Positions 41,593 to 51,687 of a stretch of DNA of 64,000 bases are shown in pieces (position 1 is the first letter of the stretch; the number at the start of each line of letters is the position of its first letter). Below the pieces are notes generated by a model. That model saw nothing but the letters and a program-made list of their open reading frames with translations. It did not search any database and was not told where the DNA came from. This stretch comes from Reclinomonas americana ATCC 50394 (lineage: Eukaryota), in NCBI GenBank assembly GCA_048213135.1, contig PS015010.1, forward strand, positions 682,001 to 746,000, read 5' to 3'. The position numbers were made by a program, and so were the translations under genes.

Positions 41593-42852
41593 ATGCCGTA
41601 TTTATTTACATCAGAGTCCGTTAGTGAAGGACATCCCGACAAAGTAGCCGACCAGATCAGTGACGCATTGATCGATAATTTTCTTGCGTTCGACGTGAAC
41701 AGTAAAGTGGCTTGTGAAACACTGGTTACAACTGGTCAGGTAGTATTGGCCGGGGAAGTGAAGAGTAAAGCTTATCTCGATGTTCAGGAAATTGCCCGTG
41801 GTGTTATCCGTCGTATCGGGTATACCAAAAGCGAATATATGTTTGAAGCCAACAGTTGTGGTATTCTCTCCGCTATTCATGAACAATCTTCCGATATCAA
41901 CCAGGGTGTTGACCGTAAAAAGAAAGAAGAACAAGGTGCAGGCGACCAGGGTATGATGTTTGGTTATGCCACCAATGAAACGGATAACTATATGCCACTG
42001 GCACTCGATATGGCCCACCACATTCTGCTGGAACTGGCTGCTGTTCGCAGGGAGAACAAACAGATCAAGTACCTCCGCCCCGATGCGAAAAGCCAGGTAA
42101 CACTGGAATATGACGATAACCACAAACCGGTGAGGATCGACGCTATCGTGGTATCTACACAGCACGACGATTTTGACGGTGATGAAAAAATGCTGGCGAA
42201 GATCAAAAAAGACATCATCAACATTGTGATGCCAAGGGTGAAAGCCAAGTTCGCCAAATACAGTCATCTCTTCAATAATAAGATCAAGTACCACATCAAT
42301 CCTACAGGTAAGTTCGTTATCGGCGGACCTCACGGAGATACCGGTCTTACCGGCCGCAAAATCATCGTGGATACCTACGGTGGTAAAGGCGCCCATGGTG
42401 GTGGTGCATTCAGCGGTAAAGATCCCAGCAAAGTGGACAGGAGTGCGGCTTACGCTACCCGCCACATCGCCAAGAACCTGGTGGCTGCCGGTCTTTGCGA
42501 CGAAGTCCTGGTACAGGTAAGCTATGCTATTGGTGTAGCACAGCCTACCAGCATCAACGTGGTTACTTATGGTACAGCCAAAGTAAATCTTACCGACGGA
42601 CAGATCGCTGACAAGGTGATGAAAATGCCTTGCTTTGATATGCGTCCTTACTTTATCGAACAGCGTCTGAAACTGCGTAATCCTATGTACAGCGAAACCG
42701 CGGCCTACGGCCACATGGGACGTAAAAACGAGACTGTTGAAAAAACATTCGTTTCTCCAGACGGTAAATCGCTGAAGAAAAAAGTGGAACTCTTCACCTG
42801 GGAAAAACTCGACGCGGTGAAAGAAGTTAAGAAAGCATTCGGATTGAAATAA
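41593..42852 (+). CDS. metK: S-adenosylmethionine synthetase
   Basis: [28 protein letters not shown]; -7 element TATCTTTG at 41566-41573. Confidence 0.97.
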   Translation: MPYLFTSESVSEGHPDKVADQISDALIDNFLAFDVNSKVACETLVTTGQVVLAGEVKSKAYLDVQEIARGVIRRIGYTKSEYMFEANSCGILSAIHEQSSDINQGVDRKKKEEQGAGDQGMMFGYATNETDNYMPLALDMAHHILLELAAVRRENKQIKYLRPDAKSQVTLEYDDNHKPVRIDAIVVSTQHDDFDGDEKMLAKIKKDIINIVMPRVKAKFAKYSHLFNNKIKYHINPTGKFVIGGPHGDTGLTGRKIIVDTYGGKGAHGGGAFSGKDPSKVDRSAAYATRHIAKNLVAAGLCDEVLVQVSYAIGVAQPTSINVVTYGTAKVNLTDGQIADKVMKMPCFDMRPYFIEQRLKLRNPMYSETAAYGHMGRKNETVEKTFVSPDGKSLKKKVELFTWEKLDAVKEVKKAFGLK

Positions 42853-42865
42853 GCAGAATCTGTAT

Positions 42866-42897
42866 AAAAAAGGCCCTCTGACATGGAGGGCTTTTTT
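42866..42897 (+). terminator. Terminator after metK
   Basis: GCCCTC/GAGGGC stem plus T6. Confidence 0.8.
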
Positions 42898-42956
42898 ATT
42901 TGGAACCGGATACCAGATGTCGGATAATGGAGGCCACTTGCTGGCTGGTTTCGGGA

Positions 42957-42988
42957 CATTCGTAATTAGTCATTCGTAATTAGTAATT
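42957..42988. repeat. Heptamer arm (CGTAATT family) abutting the rlmB start
   Basis: CATTCGTAATTAGT twice, then AATT. Confidence 0.7.
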
Positions 42989-42995
42989 TTACACC

Positions 42996-43763
42996 GTGAA
43001 AAATTTCCGGCAACAAAATCATCGCCCCAAAAAAAGCAGCCTTGTCATAGGCCGTAAAGCCGTTACTGAAGCGATGCAGTCAGGCAAACAACTGGAACGC
43101 ATTTACCTGCAATCGAATGTGCATGGCGACACAATCGACGTCATCAAAAAACTGGCGGAACAGCACCAGGTGCCCATCAGTAAAGTGCCGGTTGAAAAAC
43201 TGAATTACTTCAATGTACATAACCATGAGGGCTGTGTAGCACAGATTGCCAAAGTGCAGTATCAGGACCTGCAGGATATCATTTCTTTTGTGGTGGATAA
43301 GGGGGAAACACCTTTGCTGCTGATGCTCGACGGTATAACCGATATCCGCAATATAGGCGGTATTGCCCGGAGCGCTTACTGCTTTGGTGTACATGCCATC
43401 ATCATACCCGATAAGGGCGTGGGCGCACTGAATGAAGATGCCATTCTTACTTCGGCGGGCGCATTGGAAAAAATAGCGGTATGCCGTGTGAACAGCCTGC
43501 TTAAAACGATCGATGACCTGCACCTGAACGGTATCCAGGTTTTTGCCAGTGAAATGACCGCTCCGAAAAAAATACAGGAAGTTGACCTTACCATACCCTG
43601 CGCCATCATTATGGGAGGAGAGGAGCATGGTATTTACCCGGCACTGATGAAGCACAGTGATGAACAGTTCCAGATACCGATGCCGGGCGACTTTGAAAGC
43701 CTTAATGTATCTGTGGCCACTGGCGTGATCCTTTATGAAGCCGCCCGCCAGCGCAGCCACTAA
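42996..43763 (+). CDS. rlmB: 23S rRNA Gm2251 methyltransferase (SPOUT)
   Basis: LDGITDIRNIGGIARSA, TSAGA, GGEEHG, SLNVSVA.G..LYE. Confidence 0.92.
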   Translation: MKNFRQQNHRPKKSSLVIGRKAVTEAMQSGKQLERIYLQSNVHGDTIDVIKKLAEQHQVPISKVPVEKLNYFNVHNHEGCVAQIAKVQYQDLQDIISFVVDKGETPLLLMLDGITDIRNIGGIARSAYCFGVHAIIIPDKGVGALNEDAILTSAGALEKIAVCRVNSLLKTIDDLHLNGIQVFASEMTAPKKIQEVDLTIPCAIIMGGEEHGIYPALMKHSDEQFQIPMPGDFESLNVSVATGVILYEAARQRSH

Positions 43764-43777
43764 TAAACCTTAATACA

Positions 43778-44638
43778 ATGGAGGAAAATAAAATCAGCCT
43801 GGTAGAATGTCCCCGCGATGCGATGCAGGGCTGGTCGCATTTTATACCCACCGATAAAAAAGTCGCTTATATCAACTCCCTGCTCAGGGTAGGTTTTGAT
43901 ACGATCGACTTCGGCAGTTTTGTATCACCTAAGGCCATACCGCAAATGGCCGATACCAAAGAGGTGGTGAAGCAACTGGATATGAGCGGATCGGCTACGC
44001 AACTGCTGGCCATCATTGCCAATGAAAGAGGAGCGCAGGATGCTGTCGTGTACGACGAGATCAGTTACCTGGGTTTCCCCTTCTCGGTTTCGGAAACCTT
44101 CCAGAAAAGAAATACCAATGCAGGTATTGCAGAGTCGCTGGAAAGGGTGGAGGAGATACAGAACCTTTGTGTTAAAACCAATAAGAAACTGGTCGTGTAC
44201 CTTTCCATGGGTTTTGGAAATCCTTATGGCGATGAATACAACGAGGATATTGTTTTTCACTGGGCCAATCAACTGGTGAATATGGATATAGGCATTCTAT
44301 CCCTGGCAGATACGGTAGGCCTGGCCACGGCCGACCAGGTACAACGTGTTACCGGTCACCTGGTTAAAGCCCTTCCGCAAACCACCATTGGTGTGCACCT
44401 GCATTCCACCTCCATTAACTGGAAAGAGAAAGTAAAAGCCGCATTGGATGCCGGTTGCCGCCGTTTCGACGGAGCGCTGAAAGGCATCGGTGGCTGTCCC
44501 ATGGCTGATGATGAACTGGTAGGGAATATGGATACTGAACTGATGATACCTTATTTTGAAGAACAGGGCCTGCTGAAGCCATTGAATAAAGAGGCATTGC
44601 TGAAAAGCAGCCGCATGGCCGCGGAGATCTTCATTTAA
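43778..44638 (+). CDS. Hydroxymethylglutaryl-CoA lyase
   Basis: ECPRDAMQG, SFVSPKAIPQMAD, LADTVG, HLH, GIGGCP. Confidence 0.9.
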   Translation: MEENKISLVECPRDAMQGWSHFIPTDKKVAYINSLLRVGFDTIDFGSFVSPKAIPQMADTKEVVKQLDMSGSATQLLAIIANERGAQDAVVYDEISYLGFPFSVSETFQKRNTNAGIAESLERVEEIQNLCVKTNKKLVVYLSMGFGNPYGDEYNEDIVFHWANQLVNMDIGILSLADTVGLATADQVQRVTGHLVKALPQTTIGVHLHSTSINWKEKVKAALDAGCRRFDGALKGIGGCPMADDELVGNMDTELMIPYFEEQGLLKPLNKEALLKSSRMAAEIFI

Positions 44639-44765
44639 TTTGAAGATTTGAAAATTTGAAAATTGACGCCTCGCCTGGTCTCTGACCAGCGATTGATATC
44701 CTTCGCTGCGAATGAGATCCTTCGCTGCGCTCAGGATGAAATTCGTAATTTGTAATTCGTAATTA
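44637..44765. repeat. Composite intergenic element containing pieces of four repeat families
   Basis: Octamer arm ATTTGAAG/ATTTGAAA x3; hairpin TCGCCTGGTC-TCT-GACCAGCGA; duplicated ATCCTTCGCTGCG followed by CTCAGGATGA; heptamer arm ATTCGTAATTTGTAATTCGTAATT. Confidence 0.75.
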
Positions 44766-44770
44766 CCACC

Positions 44771-45745
44771 ATGGATTTTCACCTTGAATTCACACCCAGG
44801 CCATTTGAAACGCTGATCCGGCACCAGGATAAGCTGTTGCTGGCAGGGTCGTGCTTTACGGAGAATATAGGAGAGAAATTACGGAGACATAAATTTTCCG
44901 TAGTTGAAAACCCCAATGGTATCATCTTTAACCCGGTGAGTATTGCCCGCTCCGTAACCGGGTATATCGAAAATAAACGCTACACTGCTACTGATCTTTT
45001 TTACCAGAATGAATGCTGGAACAGCTGGGATCATCATACCCGGTTCTCCGATCCCGACCCGGACATTTGTTTGCAAAAGATCAACAGTGCACAGGAAGAA
45101 GCAAACCAGTTTCTTAAAAATGCCGACTGGATCCTGCTTACCGTAGGCTCCGCTTTTGTATATGAACTGGACAATAAACGCGTGGTGGCCAACTGCCACA
45201 AAGTGCCGACCGATAAATTCAATAAGAGATTACTGACCGTTGAAGAGGTATTGTCGGTACTGGATAACATGATCCACCGGTTGTTCATGTTCAACCCGGG
45301 CTTGAAGATCATTTTCACCATCAGCCCGGTGCGGCACCTGCGTGACGGTTTTATCGAAAACAACAGAAGCAAAGCCACGCTGATACAGGCCATTCATCAC
45401 CTGACGGATAAATTCTCCCGCCTGTTTTATTTCCCGGCTTATGAACTGGTGATCGACGATCTGCGTGACTATCGTTTTTACGCGGAAGATATGGTACACC
45501 CCAATTACGCGGCCACTAATTATGTATGGGAGAAATTTATCACCGCCTGCATTGAACCAGCCGCACAGCAACTGATGAAAGAGATATCGGTGATCACCGC
45601 CGCGAAAGCACACAAGGCTTTTCACCCCACATCAGACGCTCACCAAAAATTCCTTGCCGCACATCTTCAAAAAGCAAAACAACTCCAGGAGAAATATCCC
45701 TACCTCGACCTCTCAACCGAACTGGAATACTTCAACCCTCAATAA
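44771..45745 (+). CDS. GSCFA domain protein (SGNH-like)
   Basis: AGSCFTENI, NPNGIIFNP, VANCHK.P, TISPVRH, YFPAYE, DMVHP. Confidence 0.88.
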   Translation: MDFHLEFTPRPFETLIRHQDKLLLAGSCFTENIGEKLRRHKFSVVENPNGIIFNPVSIARSVTGYIENKRYTATDLFYQNECWNSWDHHTRFSDPDPDICLQKINSAQEEANQFLKNADWILLTVGSAFVYELDNKRVVANCHKVPTDKFNKRLLTVEEVLSVLDNMIHRLFMFNPGLKIIFTISPVRHLRDGFIENNRSKATLIQAIHHLTDKFSRLFYFPAYELVIDDLRDYRFYAEDMVHPNYAATNYVWEKFITACIEPAAQQLMKEISVITAAKAHKAFHPTSDAHQKFLAAHLQKAKQLQEKYPYLDLSTELEYFNPQ

Positions 45746-45759
45746 ACTACAGCTGCCTC

Positions 45760-45786
45760 CATTCGTAATTGATAATTCGTAATTAA
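45760..45786. repeat. Heptamer arm (CGTAATT family) overlapping the LytTR stop codon
   Basis: CATTCGTAATTGATAATTCGTAATTAA. Confidence 0.7.
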
Positions 45787-46511
45787 TCAATGAGCCTCGT
45801 TTTCATCCTTTCCAAAAAAGCCGCCCGGTAAGCATTGCCGATCAGTATGGAAGCGCCGGGATTATTCTTCAGCACAAGTGAGTTGCCTTCTATCGATATG
45901 ATTTTCTCAATCGCCACGATAAATGATTTGTGTACCCGCATGAATTTGTCTGCCGGTAATTTATCTTCCAGGTCTTTCATATTGATCAGCGAAAGCGTTT
46001 TTTTACCGTTGCAGTACAGGGCTACATAATTACCCATGCCTTCTATATAATCAATATCGGCGGTATCTATTTTAAGGAACTTTCCTTTGGTCTCCGTTTT
46101 CACCAGTATGAAATCATGTTGTTCCGTTACCGGGCCGGACTTCTCTGTTTTTGCAGGTTCCAGCAGGGCAATGGCTTTTTGCACCGCTTTAATGAAACGG
46201 GAAAAGGGAATGGGTTTGAGCAGGTAATCGATCACATCCAGATCATAACCTTCCAGCGCATATTCGCTGTAAGCCGTAGTCAGGATCACTTTGCACTTAC
46301 CGTTGATCGCTTTAATAAAATCGATACCCGACAGTTCCGGCATATGTACATCAAGAAAGATCAGCCCGATCTGCTGCTCCCGTACCAGCGCCAGTCCTTC
46401 GAGCGGGTTGTTGACGGATGCTACAAGGTTCAGTTCGGGTATCTGTTTGATGAAATGTTCCAGCACTTCCGCTGCTGCAAATTCGTCGTCTATAACCAGG
46501 CAGTTGATCAT
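45783..46511 (-). CDS. LytTR family response regulator
   Basis: IDDE, FLDVHMP, TTAY, DYLLKP, FMRVHKSFIV. Confidence 0.93.
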   Translation of the reverse strand: MINCLVIDDEFAAAEVLEHFIKQIPELNLVASVNNPLEGLALVREQQIGLIFLDVHMPELSGIDFIKAINGKCKVILTTAYSEYALEGYDLDVIDYLLKPIPFSRFIKAVQKAIALLEPAKTEKSGPVTEQHDFILVKTETKGKFLKIDTADIDYIEGMGNYVALYCNGKKTLSLINMKDLEDKLPADKFMRVHKSFIVAIEKIISIEGNSLVLKNNPGASILIGNAYRAAFLERMKTRLID

Positions 46512-46513
46512 GA

Positions 46514-47596
46514 TCAGGCGTCTTTAAATAGTGGTAATTGTAAGGTAGCCATATAGGACTCGTCGGTTTCGGAAATGGTGATGGTATGCTTGTCACCGTA
46601 AGCAAAGTTCAATCTTCTTTTTGTATTATCAAGACCGATGCCGGTGCCCATTTCCTTTGGCCCTTTTTTCTTCTTATTCTGAACGGAAAAAATGACCTCG
46701 TGTTTGTTGTCATCAACCGCCAGCGTAAGTGTAACAGGGAAGGCGGGGTCGAACAGGTCGCCATGTTTGAATGCGTTTTCCACCAGTGTGATCAGCGCCA
46801 GCGGAATGATCCTGACCCCGGCGGTATTACCCGATACCATAAAGTTGATCTTTAAACGATTGTTGAACCGGTACTGGTTAATGCGGATAACATTATTGAT
46901 ATGACCGATCTCATCCTGCAGTAAAACCATGCCATTGCTGTTCTCATTCTTTTCCAGTGAATACCGCATAATATCGGACAATAGCAACACACTTTCCGCC
47001 AGTTCCTGCGAATGGCCGAGCGACTTGGCATAGAAAAAATTAAGGGTATTGTACAGGAAGTGAGGATTGATCTGGCTTTGCAGGAATTGTTTTTCGGCAA
47101 TCACTTTTTCATTCTCCATATGTTGCAGGCGCAGTTGTATATCCAGGTTCTCCTTTGTCTTTCGTGTGGCGTACAATAAGGACCAGTACATGGTGGAGAT
47201 AAGAATAACGATGATGTAATAAACCGAAGCCTGCAGCAGGTGCACAAAAACAGCCTGTGTGCGGCTGAATCCACGGTCCGTGATCAGTTTGATGTCATCT
47301 TCCGATGTCCGGTACATGATGAGCAGGAAAACGGCCAGCAGAAGAACACTTATCAATATGTAAATACGTGTTCTTTTAATGATAAAAGCATTGCAGAGGA
47401 AAAAGTTGATGTAGAATACCAGCATGATCAGCGGTATACCAATGGCTACCTGTATGTACCCGTTATAGTCGCCTTTCGCGCTGCCGAAATATTGCAGGAT
47501 CATGAACAGCAGGAAGAGCGACACCCAGAATAAAAGGCTTGTTCGCACAAACCTTTTATTGGTCAAATAAGATGAGATGGTCCCGGAGTGGTTCAT
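46514..47596 (-). CDS. LytS/YehU-type sensor histidine kinase
   Basis: About four TM helices; LQSQINPHFLYNTLN, LVENAFKHG, GIGL.N. Confidence 0.92.
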   Translation of the reverse strand: MNHSGTISSYLTNKRFVRTSLLFWVSLFLLFMILQYFGSAKGDYNGYIQVAIGIPLIMLVFYINFFLCNAFIIKRTRIYILISVLLLAVFLLIMYRTSEDDIKLITDRGFSRTQAVFVHLLQASVYYIIVILISTMYWSLLYATRKTKENLDIQLRLQHMENEKVIAEKQFLQSQINPHFLYNTLNFFYAKSLGHSQELAESVLLLSDIMRYSLEKNENSNGMVLLQDEIGHINNVIRINQYRFNNRLKINFMVSGNTAGVRIIPLALITLVENAFKHGDLFDPAFPVTLTLAVDDNKHEVIFSVQNKKKKGPKEMGTGIGLDNTKRRLNFAYGDKHTITISETDESYMATLQLPLFKDA

Positions 47597-47632
47597 TATC
47601 GATGTAAAATAAGTAAATGAAGGTAAAACTGT

Positions 47633-49810
47633 TTATTGTATCCTGCCCTGTATGTCAGACAGTTTAGAACTTCTTTGCGTCCTGCCTTTTACACGGGTAT
47701 TGCCGAATTTGTAACGGAAGACCAGGTTCACAAAGCGGCTTTCTTCTTTCTGGTGAATGGAACTGATCACACCGTCGTAATCCACTTCTTTATTATAGGT
47801 CAGGGTATTGAATATGTCCGTTACCGCCAGCTTCAGGCTGCCCTTACCTCTCAGTATTGTTTTGCTTACACCCAGGTCGGTGGAGAACAATGTTTTCGTT
47901 TTGTAGCTGCCATACTGGAAGGGGCTCAGGTACATCAGCGAGAGTTCAGTATTCCATCCTTTTTTGAAAGTAAAACTGTTCATCCAGTTCACCTGTGTTA
48001 CCAGTACGTTCCTGCTGCTGGCAGTCACCGCGTCTGAAGTGCTGTTCAGCATCATATAACCAGCCATGGGGTTGATGCTCGTATTCCAGTGTTTACCGAT
48101 GGCCTGGTTGGCTGACAGGGAGAGGTATACAATATCGCTCGACTGGTAGTTGCCATAAGATGAAATGGTAACGTTACTGTCGCCCTGTAAATAAATCTCA
48201 CCCAGTGTGCGGCGGCCGTGGATATAGTTCAATGATGCGGAGTAGGCTTGTTTATAAGTATAGCTTAGTTCAAAGTTGTCAGACAATTCCGGCTGAATGG
48301 AAGGGTTGCCTTTGGAATAAGCGTACCGGTTCTGGTATACGATGAAAGGATTGACATAGCTGAAACCGTAACGGTAGATGCTTCTCCTGTAATTGAAACC
48401 AAACTGGTTAATATCGTTTTTATTGAATTGTACGGAGAGGCTGGGGAAGAGGTTGACATAATCTTTGCTGTTCACCTGTTGCAGGGTAACAGAGTTGCCG
48501 GTGGTATGTGTCAGTTCGGCCCTCAAACCACCCTGCAGCTCCCATTTTTTGATGGTGGTGCTGTAGTTCACATAACCGGCGTTCACCCATTCTTTGTAAA
48601 TGAATCGGTTGGTTTTACCGGCATCGTTCGTCCAGCCGCTGCCATTGTTGTTCTCCCAGTTTACGGCATTATCGGCCACCGTATAACTGCTTTTGATACC
48701 GGCTTCCCATTTTCCTTTTTTGGAAGGCTGTACATAATCGGCAGCGAAAGCGTACACATTGATGTCGGCCGGTGAATGATTCCGGATATAAGAAGGAGAA
48801 ACGTATTCCTGTCCCTTGCTATTGAAATACCGGTTGGTGAATTCATCTTTCCAGTTTTTGTGGAAGTTCATATAGTCGGCGTTCAGCGTCAGTTCTTTTC
48901 CTGTGCTGTCTATTTTAGTCTTGTAAAAAATATTTACAGAAGGACCGTTCAGGCGGGTACGGCTGCTGGTGGCTACTTTCGACAGGCTGTCTTCTAAACT
49001 GTTGTAGTGGTGCAGCAGGGCGGTATTGTCAGCCTCTCTTTTCCTGTCAGTGAAGTAACCATTCACCAGGAAGCCCGCGGTTGCTCTTTTACTGATCTCG
49101 TAATCCATACCCAGGCGATAGGTGTTCGAGTTTCTGGCCTTTTCGCCATATTCAGACGAATGGATGGTGCCACCGGGCATGTAACGGGTACCATTACCCG
49201 AACTGTATTCACGGCTGTGGATGAAGTTGTAGCTGCCAAAGATGTTGATGTTTTTGGAACGATGGTTTACATCCAGCCCGGTATTGCCTTTAAGGTATTT
49301 ACCTGTTCCCATGCCGAGGGTGGCGGTGTAGTTGGTGCCCAGCGCTTTGTTTTTCGCCAGTACGATATTGATCACGCTGCCGCCCTGTGCATCGTAACGG
49401 GAGGAAGGGTTGTTGATCAGTTCAATTTTTTCTACGGAGGTGCCGGGCAGGGAAGAAAGATAGGTCTTCAGGTCCTCGCCGGAAAGGTTCACCGGGCGGG
49501 CGTTGACCAGTACCCGTATGGACTTTCCTTTCAGTAACAGGGCATCACCCTGCTCGGCAACACCGGGTGCTTTTTTGATGATGTCGTATACCTGGCTTGC
49601 GGCGGCGATGGAACTTTGTGCCACATTAAGGGTGGTTTTGTCGGCACTGATCACTACAAATGGTTTTTTGGAAGAAACGGTCACCCCTTTCAGGTCTTTG
49701 CTGGCCATAAGGCTGCTGCTGTCTTTTGAAGGGGTATTCTGTGCACTGGCAGTGAAACAGGTTATGGCCAGGAGGAGGGGCAGTAAGTGGTGTTGGATGA
49801 GCTTTTGCAT
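47633..49810 (-). CDS. TonB-dependent receptor-like outer-membrane beta-barrel protein
   Basis: Signal peptide; IELINNPSSRYDAQG.VINIVL, GNPSIQPE, YKFG; same family signature as 14725-17358. Confidence 0.85.
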   Translation of the reverse strand: MQKLIQHHLLPLLLAITCFTASAQNTPSKDSSSLMASKDLKGVTVSSKKPFVVISADKTTLNVAQSSIAAASQVYDIIKKAPGVAEQGDALLLKGKSIRVLVNARPVNLSGEDLKTYLSSLPGTSVEKIELINNPSSRYDAQGGSVINIVLAKNKALGTNYTATLGMGTGKYLKGNTGLDVNHRSKNINIFGSYNFIHSREYSSGNGTRYMPGGTIHSSEYGEKARNSNTYRLGMDYEISKRATAGFLVNGYFTDRKREADNTALLHHYNSLEDSLSKVATSSRTRLNGPSVNIFYKTKIDSTGKELTLNADYMNFHKNWKDEFTNRYFNSKGQEYVSPSYIRNHSPADINVYAFAADYVQPSKKGKWEAGIKSSYTVADNAVNWENNNGSGWTNDAGKTNRFIYKEWVNAGYVNYSTTIKKWELQGGLRAELTHTTGNSVTLQQVNSKDYVNLFPSLSVQFNKNDINQFGFNYRRSIYRYGFSYVNPFIVYQNRYAYSKGNPSIQPELSDNFELSYTYKQAYSASLNYIHGRRTLGEIYLQGDSNVTISSYGNYQSSDIVYLSLSANQAIGKHWNTSINPMAGYMMLNSTSDAVTASSRNVLVTQVNWMNSFTFKKGWNTELSLMYLSPFQYGSYKTKTLFSTDLGVSKTILRGKGSLKLAVTDIFNTLTYNKEVDYDGVISSIHQKEESRFVNLVFRYKFGNTRVKGRTQRSSKLSDIQGRIQ

Positions 49811-49855
49811 ACATTTTAATTTTGATGGATTAAAAGTAGTATGCGGCCCGGGGCA

Positions 49856-49920
49856 GGTAAAATACGTTATACGAAAGAGGACTTTGTACTGGTGAACGGG
49901 CTGATGAGCAGGGTGAAAAA
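49856..49920 (-). promoter_or_regulatory. Putative LytTR-binding imperfect direct repeats
   Basis: Minus strand TTTTTCACC, CTGCTCATC, CCGTTCACC and TCTTTCGTA upstream of -7-like TACTTTTA (49838-49831). Confidence 0.4.
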
Positions 49921-49924
49921 AAGG

Positions 49925-50536
49925 TCAGTGTATCCTGTCGCCCCTGATCTCCATATCTTCCATAATGATCTTCTCATGTTCAAGCCATTCCGCCCAGCGT
50001 TTGCGGACGGTTTCCTTATCAACATACAGTTCGCAGAGTTCTATAAAAAGGGTATAATGCCCGGCTTCGCTTTCCATAAAACGGCGGTAGAATTTGCGCA
50101 TATAAGCATCATCAAGTCCTTCGCTCAGCCTTTTAAAACGTTCGCAGCTGCGGGCTTCTATCATGGCCATGGTAAGCAGTTGATCAAGGAAGCGTTCCTG
50201 CGGACCACCGCCTTTTTTCTGAAAGTCAAGGAGTTTATTGACATAAATATCTTTCCGTTGTTTGCCCAGCTTCAGTTTTCTTTTGTGCAGTTCGGCAAGC
50301 ACCAGGCGAAAGTGTCCCCATTCTTCGGTAACAATAGGGCTGAGGGAGCGCACCAGTTCTTCTTTATCGGCATAACGCTGGATGAGGGTAATGCAGGTAG
50401 TGGCGGCTTTCTGTTCGCAATAAGCATGATCGGTGAGTATCTCTTCCAGGTTCATGGATGCCAGGTCAACCCAGCGCGGATCGGTCGGCAACTGCAGCCC
50501 GAGGATATTCTTTACATCAATGCTTTCGTCTTTCAT
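49925..50536 (-). CDS. miaE: tRNA-(ms2io6A37) hydroxylase
   Basis: DHAYCEQKAA, EEWGHF, IEARSCERF, SEAGHY di-iron ligands. Confidence 0.93.
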   Translation of the reverse strand: MKDESIDVKNILGLQLPTDPRWVDLASMNLEEILTDHAYCEQKAATTCITLIQRYADKEELVRSLSPIVTEEWGHFRLVLAELHKRKLKLGKQRKDIYVNKLLDFQKKGGGPQERFLDQLLTMAMIEARSCERFKRLSEGLDDAYMRKFYRRFMESEAGHYTLFIELCELYVDKETVRKRWAEWLEHEKIIMEDMEIRGDRIH

Positions 50537-50734
50537 GGTACAAAAGTAAAAGATGCAGCCGGTAGAACTGCATCTTCAAGGTAAGAAATGTCATGAGTCT
50601 TTGAAATCACTTCGGGATTTTGCTTCCACCGAATAGAACAAGAGTGTGCTAAGGTCAGGCAGCGTCTCTGTTATTTAATGGGACGCTTCACTGCAGCCGC
50701 CATCATTTTCAAATCATCATATTTTCACATTGAC

Positions 50735-51319
50735 TTAATCTGCCTGGAACTCAAAATCCGCCAGCCCGGCAACATAAGTAGTTGAGGAACTGTTGGGGAA
50801 GGTCCTTGGTGTTTGTGCCGAACCCGTCCACTGGTAGCCTTTCATAATAATACTGCCCTGGTTGAAGGGGTAGGCGAAGTTGCCACCACCGATCGGGCGG
50901 ATCTCGTACCACTGACCAGATGACCACAGGCTCACCAGGTAATCTTTTCCGGTAGTAACCGCCACAGGGGTAATGGAACTGTAGGTAAGCGTACCATTGG
51001 CTGACTGAACAATAGAAGCTTCGCCTAATGCTGTACCTGAACCGCTGGCATCCCAGAGGGTAACACGGTAGGTACCGGCAATCGGCATTTTGCAAGCCAG
51101 TTTGGTGATCTTACCATTTTTGCTGACAGCGAACTTTACACCATATTCATAGTTACCGGAACCACTGGCCGTAATAGTTGTACCGGCACTTACAAAAAAT
51201 GCGGAATTAACGGGAGCGGTTTCAGGGGAAGCAGGGGTGTAAACGGTCTCTGTCTTTTTGCACGATGCACCAATAAGCACGATAGCAGATAACACTGCAA
51301 GGGATAATTTTCTTTTCAT
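50735..51319 (-). CDS. Small lipoprotein with a DUF4082-like beta domain
   Basis: Start moved to 51319 (MKRKLS..GASC lipobox); YEYGVKF....GKIT.L, VTLWD, PVAVT.G..YLVS. Confidence 0.65.
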   Translation of the reverse strand: MKRKLSLAVLSAIVLIGASCKKTETVYTPASPETAPVNSAFFVSAGTTITASGSGNYEYGVKFAVSKNGKITKLACKMPIAGTYRVTLWDASGSGTALGEASIVQSANGTLTYSSITPVAVTTGKDYLVSLWSSGQWYEIRPIGGGNFAYPFNQGSIIMKGYQWTGSAQTPRTFPNSSSTTYVAGLADFEFQAD

Positions 51320-51530
51320 GATAAGATGTTTTGGCTCTATGTTGCGCAAATGCCACGCCATGTTACCCCTTCGGATATACCACTTTTGTGGTATTTTTCC
51401 GGGAACTTCTGCAACATCACGGAGCAGGAATAACCCGATCGGGTATTTTGAGACTTTATGTCATGGCAGGACAATATCCGGGCCGAAGTGCAGCCCAATT
51501 CCCGGGCAGTACAGCAATTTGAGGGTTTGG

Positions 51531-51593
51531 GTCATCCCGACGGAGGAGTGGTCTCATTTGAAAACCGATAGATGCTTCGTTTCTCAGTATGAC
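51531..51593. repeat. REP-like imperfect palindrome (GTCAT..AGATnCTTCG..CTCAGnATGAC family)
   Basis: GTCATCCCGA..AGATGCTTCGTTTCTCAGTATGAC; the right half resembles 44715-44739. Confidence 0.6.
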
Positions 51594-51687
51594 CAATAAG
51601 GGTGAAATTCAAACTGGTGTACTACCAATTCCTGATTACTCCGTTTTCTGCTTCTTTTTTACTTAATTTACACCTACAATTTTGCGT

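Noticed and set aside
41611-42714. Long antisense ORFs (also 24731-25636, 36680-37549, 12266-13036, 52393-53295, 62842-63717, 49841-50584)
   Set aside because: They are shadows of well-supported genes on the opposite strand and carry no recognisable motifs.
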